Origin: Octopus vulgaris
Taxonomy: Eukaryota
Direction: 5' to 3'
DNA: 64,000 nt
Assembly (NCBI GenBank): GCA_951406725.2
Contig: OX597839.1
Location: forward strand, 20,708,001-20,772,000
The position numbers were made by a program, and so were the translations under genes. Positions within the stretch are counted from its first letter, which is position 1. Each line of letters opens with the position of its first letter. Below are positions 1 through 12,753 of this stretch, piece after piece. The notes below the pieces were generated by a model. The model was not told where the DNA came from. It did no database searches and worked only from the letters and a program-made list of their open reading frames with translations.

Positions 1-571
1 TATTATTATTATATTTTTGTAGGATTTTTTTCCCGTTGCTTTTGTTCTGAGTTGTTGTCGTTTTGCTTCCCTTTCTTTTCTTTCTTTCTTTCGTTCTTTC
101 TTTCTTTCTTTCGTTCTTTCTTTCTCTCTCTCTCTTCTTCCCACACTTCTTCCACACGTCCGTCTTCCACACTCGATTGATTTCAAAGTCTCAAAGCCTT
201 TTCTTGGAGAAGGTGTGTGGGGGGAGAAAGAAGGTAAAGGGGGGGTTACGAAATAAGAAGGATCGCATTGGGATGATGGGTTGGGAAGGATACGTGTGGG
301 CGGGCCGGCGACCTTTAAAACATTTCATATCAGTGCTGGTGGTGGTGGTGGTGGTGTTGATTGTAGTAGTGGTTGTGTTTAAGGTTTGTGGTGTCGGTGT
401 TAGTAGTGGTAGTTGGGGTTGTTGTTCATGGTGGTGACGGTTGAAGTTTGTAGTGGTAGTGGTGGTTTTGGTGCTGGTCATGGTGGTCGTCATTGAGTTT
501 TCTATAGATGGTCATGGTGGTGGTGGTGGTGGCGACAGTAGTAACGAGAGGGAAATATATATATATATATT

Positions 572-798
572 TATAATGAGGGTGAGAAATTGGATATTAA
601 TTTAATTAACATCAATTTAACACCAGTGGTCTAGCATATTAAAATGTGAAGGTTTAGTAAATTGTATTATATACATTCATATGAGAGGGAAGACCACTAT
701 GTGGACAACCCTTATGCTAGAAGTAGATCTTAGTGGTAAAACCATAGCAGATCTACTTCTAGCATAAGGGTTGTCCACAATGGTCATCCCTCTCATAT
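572..798 (-). mobile_element. Fold-back element (probable Penelope-like pseudo-LTR remnant) with a ~50-bp-arm hairpin
   Basis: Arms 679-730 and 749-798, with a 31-bp perfect core (700-730 / 749-779, tgtggacaacccttatgctagaagtagatct). Bounded by (TA)n on both sides. PLE origin is inferred from the shared architecture with the hammerhead-bearing hairpins. Confidence 0.55.
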
Positions 799-799
799 T

Positions 800-834
<35 letters not shown>

Positions 835-885
835 ATATGTATGTATATGTGTGTGTGTGTGTGTGTGTATGTATATGTGTGTGTC

Positions 886-932
<47 letters not shown>

Positions 933-1030
933 CGATGGTCGTTGTGGTGGCGGTAGTAGTTGTGGTTCTGATTGCAGTCATAATAGTAGCAGTTGTGGCA
1001 ATATTGGTTGTTGTGATGATGATTGAAGTG

Positions 1031-1072
<42 letters not shown>

Positions 1073-1782
1073 TTATGACTGTTATGATCGCAATGATGAT
1101 ATTTGTAGTAGCGGCGACTGTGGTGATGGTGGTGATTGTTGCAGTTTTGATCGTAGTAGTAATTGTGGTGGTGGTGGTGGTGGTAGTGGTTGCTGGTTGG
1201 TCTTTTGAAAGTGGTTTTTGGCGACGATTGGTAGTAGCGTTGTGGTATTGGCAGTGGTACGCGCCGGTGCCTAGTGCAGGTGGTGATTATGACGGCGGTG
1301 ATGATTGGGTGTACTTGTGGTTGTGCTCGATGGTAGTGGTGATGGTCGTCGTGGTGGTCGTGGTTGGAGTGGAAGTATTTTCGATGGAAGTGGCTTTGGT
1401 GGTAGTGGTGGTAGTGGAGGGCTTGTTGTTGATAGTAGTAGTAGTGGTGGTGGTGGTGGTGGTGGTTGGATGATTGTTGTGGAGGTGGTTCCAGTGATGG
1501 TGGCGGCGGTGATGGTAATGGAGGCGGTTACATTCTTGGGATTATACGAAGAGACGTGTTTGTGTTTCGGGTAAAAGATAAGAAATAACCCATTCTCCAT
1601 TTCCCCTCTTTGTTTTTCCAATGTGTGTGTGTGTATGTATGTGTGTGTGTGTGTGTGTGTGCGTGTATTCAATTGTATGTATGTGTGTGCATAGTTATAC
1701 ATATATATGTATATCTATATACTTATATATGTGTGTGTGTGTATAATTTATGGACAAAGATATGTGCGTGTTGATGTCTGTA

Positions 1783-1852
<70 letters not shown>

Positions 1853-1865
1853 TGTATGTATGTAT

Positions 1866-1954
1866 ATATATCTCGTGCGGTATCTTACAACGCCATACAT
1901 ACATATATATCCACACATACATATATATCCATATATATGTGTGTGTGTATATAT

Positions 1955-1993
<39 letters not shown>

Positions 1994-2220
1994 TAAGTAC
2001 ATGTATATTTGTATGTGTATATATACATATGTACATATGTATGTATACATACATACATAAGCGTATGTATTTGTATGTATAAATACATACATAAGTATGT
2101 TTGTATGTCTGTATACATACATGTATATGTGTGTGTATATATATGCACATGTAGATTAAGATACGTTTTTCTTTATGTGTGTATACGTGTGGATATATCT
2201 AGATATATGTGTGTAGTATA

Positions 2221-2266
<46 letters not shown>

Positions 2267-2303
2267 TCTTTGTAATCTATACCGCCATATTCCCTTATCC
2301 CTC

Positions 2304-2374
<71 letters not shown>

Positions 2375-2500
2375 GTGCGGTACCTTACAACGCCATACAT
2401 ACATATATATCCACACATACATATATATCCATATATATGTGTGTGTGTGTATATATTTATATATATATACACAGACACACATAAGTACATGTATATTTGT
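1866..2500 (+). repeat. Local direct duplication of a ~135-bp segment (1866-2010 and 2366-2500)
   Basis: tctcgtgcggta(t/c)cttacaacgccatacatacatatatatccacac...cataagtacatgtatatttgta occurs twice, 500 bp apart. Confidence 0.9.
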
Positions 2501-2569
2501 ACTGAACACCTGCCTCCAAGCTGCAGAAACCTTATTAACTGTGGTGTGAACACTGCGCACTCGCCTCAC

Positions 2570-2795
2570 TGCACACACACTGACACACACACGCACACAC
2601 ACACACACACAGACACACACACACTGACACACACACACTGACACACTGACACACACACACACACTGACACATACACACACACACACTGACACTCTCACAC
2701 GCACACACACACTGACACACACACACTAACACACACACTGACACATGCACACACACACACACTGACACACACACACACTGACACACACACACACT

Positions 2796-2870
<75 letters not shown>

Positions 2871-2929
2871 ACACACACACTCACACACACTCACACATAC
2901 ACACACTGACACACACAGACACACACTGT

Positions 2930-3002
<73 letters not shown>

Positions 3003-3035
3003 TGACACACACACACACACACTGACACACTCACG
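2570..3035. repeat. (CA)n / CACTGA compound microsatellite
   Basis: Directly visible. Confidence 0.95.
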
Positions 3036-3241
3036 CACCCCGAATACAGGATTACACTCAGTTATATAGACACTGACATATATGCACGTATACGACATTC
3101 CATGCCGTTATCTTAATGTGTGTGTGTGTGTGTGTGTGTGTGTAGGTGGGCGTGTATCTATGATTTTTGTAAATGTATTTTACTAAGTATATGTCTGTGT
3201 GTGTGTGTGTGTGGATGTTCTCGTACTTAGATCTCTGCCTA

Positions 3242-3275
<34 letters not shown>

Positions 3276-3489
3276 GAAGTGTGTGTGTGTGTAGATGTTC
3301 CCGTACTTAGATCTATGCCTATATATATATATAATGAAATGTGTGTGTGTGTGTGTGTGTGTGTGAGAGATTGCGGTACTTGTGTTCTGTGTATATTACC
3401 ATGTATATGTGAGAGTGCACATGTATGTATGTGTGTGTGTACGATGTTCCCGTTTAGTCTATGCCTATATATATATATGTATGAAATGT

Positions 3490-3950
3490 GTGTGTGTGTG
3501 TATGTATGAATGTGTGTAAGGATGTGTGTATGTATGAATGTGTGTAAGCATGTGTGTATGTATGTGTGTGTAAGCATTTGTGTATGTATGAATGTGTGTA
3601 AGGATGTGTGTATGTATGTGTGTGTAAGGATGTGTGTATGTATGTGTGTGTAAGCATGTGTGTATGTATGAATGTGTGTAAGCATGTGTGTATGTATGTG
3701 TGTGTAAGCATTTGTGTATGTATGAATGTGTGTAAGGATGTGTGTATGTATGTGTGTGTAAGCATGTGTGTATGTATGAATGTGTGTAAGCATGTGTGTA
3801 TGTATGAATGTGTGTAAGGATGTGTGTATGTATGTGTGTGTAAGCATGTGTGTATGTATGAATGTGTGTAAGCATGTGTGTATGTATGAATGTGTGTAAG
3901 CATTTGTGTATGTATGAATGTGTGTAAGCATGTGTGTAAGCATTTGTATA
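3490..3950. repeat. 24-28-bp minisatellite (tgtgtaagcatgtgtgtatgtatgaa)
   Basis: Many tandem units with aagcat/aaggat variants. Confidence 0.9.
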
Positions 3951-4525
3951 TATATATATATATATGCGTATGTATTTATGTATTTGTGTACGCATGTATT
4001 ACTGAGTGTGTGTATGTGTGTGCGCGTCAATTTATGAGTGCGTGAGTGAATATGTGTGTGCTTACATATCCGTGTGTACGTGCGTGTGCATGCCTGTGCG
4101 TGCGTACGTGCGTGTATTTCTGAATGCGTGTGTTTGTGCTTGTGCGTGTGTGTAAATATGTAAGCAAGCAAGTACCAGTTGCGCGCTGGAGTCGATGTGG
4201 TGGCCTTCACTCTCTCCTCAGAATTGCTGGCCTTGTACAAAATTAGAAAAAAAATATTCCTAATAATGTTGGTCTCGGGTTCAGTCCCGCTGCACAGCAC
4301 CTCAGGCAAAAGCTTTCTTCTACAGTCCCCGGACTGAGCAATGCCTTATAAATGAATTTGGTAAACGGAAACTGTGTGGAAGCCTTCGCGTTAGAATATT
4401 TATATCGGTATCAGACACGTCGGGCAACAGCGAGTCTGCAATAGACATGGAAATCCGCTTCTGTATATCTTCGTTCGCGAAGCCAGGCCAAGAATGTGTG
4501 TGTGTGTGTGTGTCCCCGTCCGTCC

Positions 4526-4937
4526 GGATCTTTTCGGTTTGACCGACAGTTTTTTCTAACGGTGTCATATGAAATTGTCACCCATAATTATGACCCTAGT
4601 ATCGATCTATTGCATTTCAATCTGTTTTAGGGTTAGGGGTGGGGGAAGGGTATCTTTTTTTTCTTCAGAAATGTAAATAAACCCAACCTGTTTCCTTAAC
4701 CAGGGACATATTCATACGGCACAGAATGTTTTCACCTCAATAGACGTCAGTGATTGGTTGAAATTTGAGAAATTCAAGAAAAAACAACAACAAATATGTT
4801 ACAAACTATAGAATTTTCTCAATAAAGCCAAGAGAAAAATATGTTTTATAAACACATTCTACCAGAATACGAAGTTTAAAAGTGTTTAGTTTCGTGGAAA
4901 TTATTTTATAAAACTGCCGGTCAAACCGAAAAGATCC
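4526..4937 (+). mobile_element. Non-autonomous DNA transposon (MITE), Merlin-like
   Basis: ~28-bp TIRs GGATCTTTTCGGTTTGACCGACAGTTTT / AAAACTGCCGGTCAAACCGAAAAGATCC; 8-bp TSD gtccgtcc (4518-4525, 4938-4945); second copy at 56247. GG termini plus an 8-bp TSD suggest Merlin (inference). Confidence 0.85.
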
Positions 4938-4953
4938 GTCCGTCCTATTAGCA

Positions 4954-5110
4954 TCATCATCATTGTTTGACCGTGGTCGAGACAATGGAATTTACTATGT
5001 TACGCCAGACTTCACGGTCCATCATAGCATTACGGAGGTCCTGTTGCTGGATGCCTGTATCCCTGGAGATTACATCAGGGTAGGAGAGTGTGCGCCCTCT
5101 GGTATTGCGA
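4954..5110 (-). mobile_element. 3' end of an RTE-clade LINE (5'-truncated)
   Basis: Minus strand reads RNTRGRTLSYPDVISRDTGIQQQDLRNAMMDREVWRNIVNSIVSTTVKQ* followed by a (TGA)n tail; 12-bp TSD gtcctattagca (4942-4953, 5111-5122). Confidence 0.85.
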
Positions 5111-5335
5111 GTCCTATTAGCACTTGGCAACCAGCAATGGTTTGTTCGCGTCCCTGTAACTTAGCGATTCAACTAAGGACATCAATAGAATAAGTACCAG
5201 ATTTTTGAAAAACAAAACAAAAAAGTACATGATGGGGGCGATGTGTTGGATTAAAAAGCCTTCAAAGCGGTGCCCCAGGAGGGCCCCGCCGTCCAATGAA
5301 TGAAATAAGTAAAAGATATAAGATAAAAAAGATAC

Positions 5336-5463
5336 CTTCCAAATGGTAAACATGCCTTTGAAATGTGAGATAATTCTTACAAAATTCGGGTATTTCTTCA
5401 AAATGGGCCCTGAAATTGGATAGTCCTGATTCTGTAGAAGGGCGGAGGAAAAGATTTTAACCC
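5336..5463 (-). CDS. Possible internal exon (VKIFSSALLQNQDYPISGPILKKYPNFVRIISHFKGMFTIWK)
   Basis: Acceptor actattttcag, donor AAG|GTATCT, open frame in unique sequence. No recognisable domain; could be chance. Confidence 0.2.
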
Positions 5464-5839
5464 CTGAAAATAGTTTCAAATTATAGGAAAAATAAATTAC
5501 CGAGTTAACTGTCAATCTGTCAGCAAATTTAGATGTTTATTCCACGGTTGTATCATTAGTCGTAATTGGATAATTAAAACAAGCACATGCGGTGCTCGCC
5601 AACACTATCAGACTCAGGCGCGCGCACACACTTCCTCGCACGCTCACACTGAATATGATACGCGCACACAAACAAGCATGCGCACCGCTTCGTACACGCG
5701 GCTCCTTGATGCTCTCCCACACACGCACACCCTCACTCACTCAGATTTTCGAATCCTTTTCTACTCCCACTTTCTGCCGTCGTATCTCTGTATCTATCTA
5801 TCTCTCTCCCTTTCTCTTTCCCTTGCTTTCTCTGTATAT

Positions 5840-5905
<66 letters not shown>

Positions 5906-5930
5906 GGCCTATTCCGTACACAACTATATA

Positions 5931-5960
<30 letters not shown>

Positions 5961-5961
<1 letters not shown>

Positions 5962-6169
5962 TCTTTTATTCTTTTACTTGTTTCAGTCATTTTGACTGCG
6001 GCCATGCTGGAGCACCGCCTTTAGTCGAGCAAATCGACCCCAGGACTTACTCTTTGTAAGCCTAGTACTCATTCTATCGGTCTCTTTTGCCGAACGGCTA
6101 AGTTACGGGGACGTAAATACACCACCATCGGTTGTCAAGCGATGTTGGAGGACAAAGACACACAAACAT

Positions 6170-6170
<1 letters not shown>
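5961..6170 (-). mobile_element. Family-A SINE, 3' half
   Basis: cttttacttgtttcagtcattttgactgcggccatgctggagcacc... matches other copies. Confidence 0.9.
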
Positions 6171-6224
<54 letters not shown>

Positions 6225-6231
<7 letters not shown>

Positions 6232-6547
6232 CCACCAGCCCTCTTTCACACGCACATACATACTCTCTTATACACACACGCACCTCTGTGTTGGGGGCAC
6301 CTTCGTTTTGGAAGTCACTTGACCCTGTTATCTCCCCTACTGTCCCTCTCGCGTCTGACCATTGTCCGAAGTCAGGACGCCATGGTAGATCGTTAGCTAC
6401 TACACGCACCTTTTTTCTCTCCTTGTTTTTTTTTCTGTGTATCTTTCTGTCGAAGAGCGTAGGCTCGAAACGTAAAAGACTTTTCTATTCCTGAGCGCCA
6501 TACTAATACATTTGTTTGTTTTGTTTATTTTCGTAAACCTTCCTTCG

Positions 6548-6552
<5 letters not shown>
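6225..6552 (+). mobile_element. Penelope-like pseudo-LTR fragment (family P1), also at 14686-14880 and 48468-48660
   Basis: Three homologous copies (cgccatg..agatcgttagc.actac...gagcgtaggctcgaaacgtaaaagac...), each adjacent to (TA)n and carrying a hammerhead-like motif. Confidence 0.65.
6442..6479 (+). ncRNA. Minimal type-I hammerhead-like motif (A6U core variant)
   Basis: tcttt-CTGTCGA-A-gagc gtag gctc-GAAA-C-GTA-aaaga: stem I tcttt/aaaga, stem II gagc/gctc, putative cleavage after 6474. Confidence 0.55.
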
Positions 6553-6601
<49 letters not shown>

Positions 6602-6604
<3 letters not shown>

Positions 6605-7313
6605 TAACCATTGCTCCAAATTGCTCATCAGACCGTTACAGAATAGCTACGTTGTTTCATTGTTAGCTGCCATCTTTTCACATCAAATTCTTGATCAGTG
6701 AGTCACCAGACTCGCACTCGACCACTTTCAGGAAATATAGCAAATCTGGATTCATCGGGGAATATGACAGTGTCCCAAAATGCTCGTAGCCTTTCCCCAT
6801 CTCACTGGCCCAATCTTTTCTCCGCCTGGTGTTAGCCGATCGAAGAAGTGGCTTCCTTCTTGCTGCTCTGCCATAGTAACTAAATTTTTGGCGATACCTC
6901 TCAGCTGTTCGGGGACTGACATCAACTTGTTCTGCTATGTTAGAAGCCTTGCAACGAGCATTATCCTCCACACTTCTCTTAGCAAAGAGAAGGGTCCTGT
7001 CAGAAGGTTCTGGTTGATCTAGACAAGGTCATGTGGACTCTTTCTCCCTCTCTGATGAGTTACACAATTTATTAACTGCAGAATGCGGGATCCCAAGATT
7101 TTCTGCGATTTTACGCTATGATCACCTTCAGAATGACCCACAATACGGCCCCTTTGAAATTCAGACAGTTCGAAGGTTTCTTTTGTACATGGCATGATTC
7201 AAGTCACATATAGAACCTGAAACATAAAAAGGTCAATTAATAAAAGAATATAAACCTTTGTAAGTTAAACATAAAACGATGTTTTATGGGGTGTCTATTT
7301 ACTTCTATATGCC

Positions 7314-7315
<2 letters not shown>
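6602..7315 (-). pseudogene. Degenerate Tc1-family transposon (frameshifted transposase plus one TIR)
   Basis: Minus-strand LSEFQRGRIVG (HTH), ...YGRAARRKPLL..., then in another frame FWDTVIFPDESRF...GRVRVW (first D of the DDE motif). TIR-like caggcatatagaagtaaatagacacccc ends at 7315. Confidence 0.9.
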
Positions 7316-7372
<57 letters not shown>

Positions 7373-7376
<4 letters not shown>

Positions 7377-7566
7377 AATAATAAATCTCTGAGCGAGATA
7401 TAAACAGTAACTGCTCTATAACATAAGGGGGGTCAGCTATCTGAATGTGGCTAGGGTCAGGGCGGGGTGATGGGGGTGTTACTGATGGTGGGGGAGTATG
7501 CATCAGTAACACCCCCACCACCCCGCCCTGACCCTAGCCACATTCAGATGGCTGACCCCCCTTATG

Positions 7567-7571
<5 letters not shown>
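7373..7571. repeat. Long near-perfect inverted repeat (71-bp arms, 13-nt loop) between (TA)n tracts
   Basis: Arms 7417-7487 and 7501-7571 with about 2 mismatches. Confidence 0.9.
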
Positions 7572-7607
<36 letters not shown>

Positions 7608-7810
7608 TTATTTCAGCCATTCGACTGCGCCCATACTGGGGCACTGCCTTGAAAGGTTTAGTCGAACCTATTTATTTTTTAAGTTACTACTTATTTTGTC
7701 CGTCAACTTTGCCGAACCGCTATGTTACGGGCAGGTAAACACTCCAGCATCGGTTTTCAAACTGGCGGTGAGAGTAACGCACCTACCCATATACATATAC
7801 ATACGCGTGC

Positions 7811-7850
<40 letters not shown>

Positions 7851-7936
7851 AAGGAAGAAAGGAATGTCCATAATAATGCCCTTAGAAAATTTTGGGTACA
7901 ATGCGATGTACATAAGCTCTCCCTGCGCAGATGGCT

Positions 7937-8141
7937 TTATGCATAAACAAGTGGTGCGAAAATATTCTGGTTGTAGGGCGATTCCATCGGGATTTGAACG
8001 CTTGGACCAAGAACGTCTCGGGAGATAATTGAGTAAGACCGCAAGTTAGCCTTGTCCAGTGTGAGACTGGCGGCAGCAGCTCCGCCCACCATGATGAGCC
8101 ACTGACCGTAAGAAAAGGGCATCGCAGCTATTTTTTCATAT
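7937..8141 (-). CDS. Candidate terminal coding exon of an unidentified gene (YEKIAAMPFSYGQWLIMVGGAAAASLTLDKANLRSYSIISRDVLGPSVQIPMESPYNQNIFAPLVYA*)
   Basis: Non-repetitive, relatively GC-rich island; acceptor ttgtgcttttgtgtttggtgcag|; phase 2; the only open frame; phase-compatible with the 10212 donor. Confidence 0.5.
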
Positions 8142-8187
8142 CTGCACCAAACACAAAAGCACAAGTTGTTCAATGAATTATCACCTC

Positions 8188-8273
<86 letters not shown>

Positions 8274-8288
8274 GTCTCTCTTTTTCTC

Positions 8289-8327
<39 letters not shown>

Positions 8328-8332
8328 GTCTA

Positions 8333-8393
<61 letters not shown>

Positions 8394-8419
8394 GTCTGTC
8401 TCTCTTTTTCTCTCTATCA

Positions 8420-8450
<31 letters not shown>

Positions 8451-8610
8451 ATCTATCTATCTGTCTGTCTCTCTCTTTCTCTCTATCATCTATCTATCTC
8501 TTTCTCTCTCTCTCTCTTTCTCTCTCTCTCTATCTATCTATTTCTCTCTCTCTTTCTCTCTATCCATCTATTTATCTCTTGCTCTCTCTCTCTATCTCCC
8601 TATCTCTATC
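8188..8610. repeat. (TC)n/(TCTA)n microsatellite
   Basis: Directly visible. Confidence 0.95.
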
Positions 8611-8874
8611 TCTTTCACCTTCTTTTCGCTCTTTCTCTTTCACAATCATCCTCCCTCTATTTGTCTCCATGATTATCTCCCTTCCCTTCCTCTTGCTATC
8701 TTTATCTTTCTCTCTATTCTATTTCTCTTTCAATATTCATCTCCCCTCTCTTCCCCCTCCCTCTCTCATCTTTCTCTCCCCTTACTCTCACCTCCGCTTC
8801 CTTCGACCCATTGTGCCTCCCCTTTCTTTCCCTCGTTCTCTGTCTCACCTTTCTCTCCTCTCACTCTCTCGCAT

Positions 8875-9385
8875 TCTTCTAAGTCTCTCTCCCTCCTTTG
8901 ACTCCCTCTGTCTCCTTTGACTCTTCCCCTTGACTCTCTTTTCTAACTCTCCCTCCTTTGACTCCCTCTGTCTCTTTTGACTCTTCCTCTTGACACTCTT
9001 TTCTAACTCTCCCTCCTTTGACTCCCTCTGTCTCTTTTGACTCTTCCCCTTGACACTCTTTTCTAACTCTCCCTCCTTTGACTCCCTCTGTCTCCTTTGA
9101 CTCTTCCCCTTGACTCTCTTTTCTAACTCTCCCTTCTTTGACTCCCTCTGTCTCTTTTGACTCTTCGCCTTGACACTCTTTTCTAACTCTCTCTCCTTTG
9201 ACTCCCTCTGTCTCCTTTGACTCTTCCCCTTGACTCTCTTTTCTAACTCTCCCTTCTTTGACTCCCTCTGTCTCCTTTGATTCTTCCCCTTGACTCTCTT
9301 TTCTAACTCTCCCTTCTTTGACTCCCTCTGTCTCCTTTGACTCTTCCCCTTGACTCTCTTTTCTAACTCTCTCTTCTTCGACTCT
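8875..9385. repeat. 60-bp pyrimidine-rich minisatellite, ~8.5 copies
   Basis: Unit ttctaactctccctcctttgactccctctgtctcctttgactcttccccttgactctctt repeats in exact 60-bp register. Confidence 0.95.
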
Positions 9386-9694
9386 CTCGCTTTTTCTTCT
9401 CTTCTTTGGCTCTCACCTCTGATTCTCTCCCTCTCTTTCTGTTCTTTTGACTCTCTTCTCCGACCCACTCTCCCTCTCTCTCTCCTTTCCACTTCCTCTT
9501 CCCTTCTCTCCTATTCTTTCCTTCCCCCACTTTCACTTTCACATCAAGCAATGGCGCGTAAAGGTTCATCCATTCCTTGATCCCTAACAACAACAACAAC
9601 AGTGCCTCCCACTACAACACAGGCAATATGCTACTTTACTTTAGGGACCTATATTCAACACCAACCCACAATCACATCCTCCTCCACCACCATT

Positions 9695-10155
9695 TCTATA
9701 AGTGCGCACACACACACACACGCACACACTATAAGTGCCATTGCACACATACACACACACGCGCGCGCGCTATAAGTGCTACTACACACACACACACTAT
9801 ACGTGCCACTATACACACACACTATAAGTGCACACACACACACACACACACAAACACTCACGCATACTATACGTGCCACTGCACACACATACACACACTA
9901 TAAGTGCACACACTCTATAAGTGCCACTGAACACACACATACACACACACACTATAAGTGCACACACACAAACACAATATAAGTGAACACAAACACATAC
10001 ACACACAAACACACTATAAGTGCACACATACGCACACAAAAACACTATAAGTGCACACATACGCACACAAAAACACTATAAGTGCACACACAAACACACT
10101 ATAAGTGCACACATACACACACAAACACACTATAAGTGCACACATACACACACAC
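9695..10155. repeat. Minisatellite (cactataagtgcacacaca...)
   Basis: About 14 ctataagtgc/ctatacgtgc units separated by (CA)n. Confidence 0.9.
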
Positions 10156-10211
10156 ACTACTTCACGGACGAATCGACAACGACACTTTATAGAGAAATCC
10201 ATTCCACCCAC

Positions 10212-10433
10212 CTGCGAGTCCGTCTTTGGAAGTTCAGACGACGGTCGCAGCGGCGTTGGCGACGGCGCCCGCAGCGGCGGTGGTTGTGGTTGTGGCTTAT
10301 GCTTAGTTTTGTAGTTTCCTTTTGTTTTGCCCCTGTTAGGGGCCAAGTAAAGCTTTCACCCATTACAAATGAATTTTTGGAAATGGTGGTCGTGGCCGGC
10401 TGGATCACATAATGGAGTATCAATGAAATATAT
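10212..10433 (-). CDS. Candidate internal exon (YISLILHYVIQP...GESFTWPL...RRCGRRRQRRCDRRLNFQRRTRR)
   Basis: GC-rich unique island; donor CAG|GTGGGT at 10212; 222 nt, phase 2 to 2, joining in frame to 8141. The acceptor is uncertain (alternatives at 10399 and about 10333). Confidence 0.45.
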
Positions 10434-10703
10434 CTGTGTCACCAATACAATTTGTTTCTAGTCTGTCTCTGTTATGTATGTGTGTCCAGTGGTGGGTGCG
10501 TGTCTGTGTGCGTGCGCATATAGATATGTATTTCTATCTATATATGTGTGTGTGTGTGCGCGTCTGTGTGTATATACATATATATATATATATATATATG
10601 TTATGTGTGTGCGCATATGAATATACATATCTATGTATATGCGTATGTATGTGTGGTGCGTGTGTGTGTGTGTGTATAAATATATATGTACATGTGTGGT
10701 GCG

Positions 10704-10736
<33 letters not shown>

Positions 10737-10895
10737 GAGTTTGTAGGTGCATATGTGTGTGTGTATATATATATGTGTGTGTGTGTGTGCGTATGGACAT
10801 ATGTATACATATATATAAATGGGTATATACATTTATAGATTATATATATATATATATATAACAAACATACGTATAATTTATGTATGCATACATGC

Positions 10896-10933
<38 letters not shown>

Positions 10934-11247
10934 TTATATGTGCCTTCATACACACATACTCTCACTTAGGTTACACAGCAGGAGTAAGTAAATGGGTTAA
11001 TATTATGAAGCGGGTGTTGGGTACGAAAGGCGTGGGCGTTGGAGGCTATCTTAACGTTCACTGACTTCTAATCTATTAGCCATCTCCCCCCGCCAGGGAC
11101 GGGCACGAACCCTTTTACAATGCCTTTTGTTTTCTGGACCATGGCTGATTGTTTCAATTTCAGAACATACCATATAACATGTAGGGTGCTGCTGCCTCAT
11201 TCCTCTCTCTGTCTCTCCCTTCTCCCCACCTCACTCTCCCTCCCTCC

Positions 11248-11319
<72 letters not shown>

Positions 11320-11371
11320 GTCTATCTATCTATCTATCTGTCTATCTATCTATCTATCATCTATCTATCTG

Positions 11372-11414
<43 letters not shown>

Positions 11415-11690
11415 GTCTATCTATCTATCTATCTATCTATCTATGTCTATCTGTCTCTGCGTGTATGAATTTGTGTGGATAGACACACACACACACATAT
11501 ATGTATGTATGTGTGTATACACAATTAACGTTTGTGTATATGTATGTATGTGTGTGTACACACATAAACGTTTGTGTATATGCATGTGCATGTATACACA
11601 TAAACGTTTGTATATATGTATGTGTGTGTGTATACACATAGACATTTGTGTATATATGTGTGTGTGTGTGTGTGTATACACATAAACGTT

Positions 11691-11740
<50 letters not shown>

Positions 11741-11917
11741 CATGTGTGTGTGTGTGTATACGCACACAAACGTTTGCGTATGTATGTATATATATATGTG
11801 TGTGTGTATGTATACGTGCGTGTATACACACACAAAGGTTTGCGTATATATATATGTATGTGTGTATGTATATATATGTGTCTGTATGTATATCTACCAA
11901 TGTGTGTGTATGTATAT

Positions 11918-11948
<31 letters not shown>

Positions 11949-12002
11949 TTATAATTCACTTGTTTCCCTTCATTATGTTCTGTTCCATTCTCCCTGCTCT
12001 TC

Positions 12003-12043
<41 letters not shown>

Positions 12044-12053
12044 CATGCGAGAC

Positions 12054-12090
<37 letters not shown>

Positions 12091-12484
12091 ACACGCAGTC
12101 ACACTTCTTCATTCACTACAGGCTGGGAAATTACACTTGAGTCAGCGGAGCACTTTCATCGTCATCTCATCCGACCTCATTATGCCTGATTGCACCACAT
12201 CTAACACCAACCACGCCCTACCCGACGGACGAGTTGTTGCTGCTGTTATTTTTAACCCAAGGTCAATCAGCTGTGATCAACTAAACCTAATGATCCAAAG
12301 TACGCCAACCATGACAATCTCCTTATATATTTCAAGATTGGACTTCATTATCCAGTGTGTCCTTCTCTTTTATTTAGGATATGGTGTGATTTGAAGGGGA
12401 TTTAGTTGTTATCTCTATTAATTTGATGATCTCTGGGTCGTCGTAATCATGCGTATATACGTGTGTGTGGTATGTGCCTTTCAA

Positions 12485-12699
12485 TTTTTCTACTCTTTTA
12501 CTCGTTTCAGTCATTTGACTGCGGCCATGCTGGAGCACCGCCTTTAGTCGAGCAACTCGACCCCGGGACTTATTCTTTGTAAGCCCAGTACTTATTCCAT
12601 CGGTCTCTTTTGCCGAACCGCTAAGTGACGGGGACATAAACATACCAGCATCGGTTGTCAAGCAATGCTAGGGGGACAAACACAGACACACAAACATAT

Positions 12700-12753
<54 letters not shown>

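Larger units (their letters stand above)
4265..5327 (+). mobile_element. Old family-A tRNA/CORE-type SINE interrupted by nested insertions
   Basis: 5' half gggttcagtccc...ggaaactg (4275-4390) and 3' half ...aatgaatgaaataagtaaaaga (5125-5327) match the intact copy at 54849-55390. Confidence 0.75.

Noticed and set aside
4627-4650. Telomere or interstitial telomeric array
   Set aside because: Only 2-3 hexamers, internal to a MITE.
7050-7080. CTGATGA as a hammerhead core or snoRNA box
   Set aside because: No stem II or GAAA downstream; it lies inside the Tc1 relic.
8845-9492. 215-aa charged repeat ORF
   Set aside because: It is the purine strand of a 60-bp minisatellite with (GA)n flanks and no splice support.
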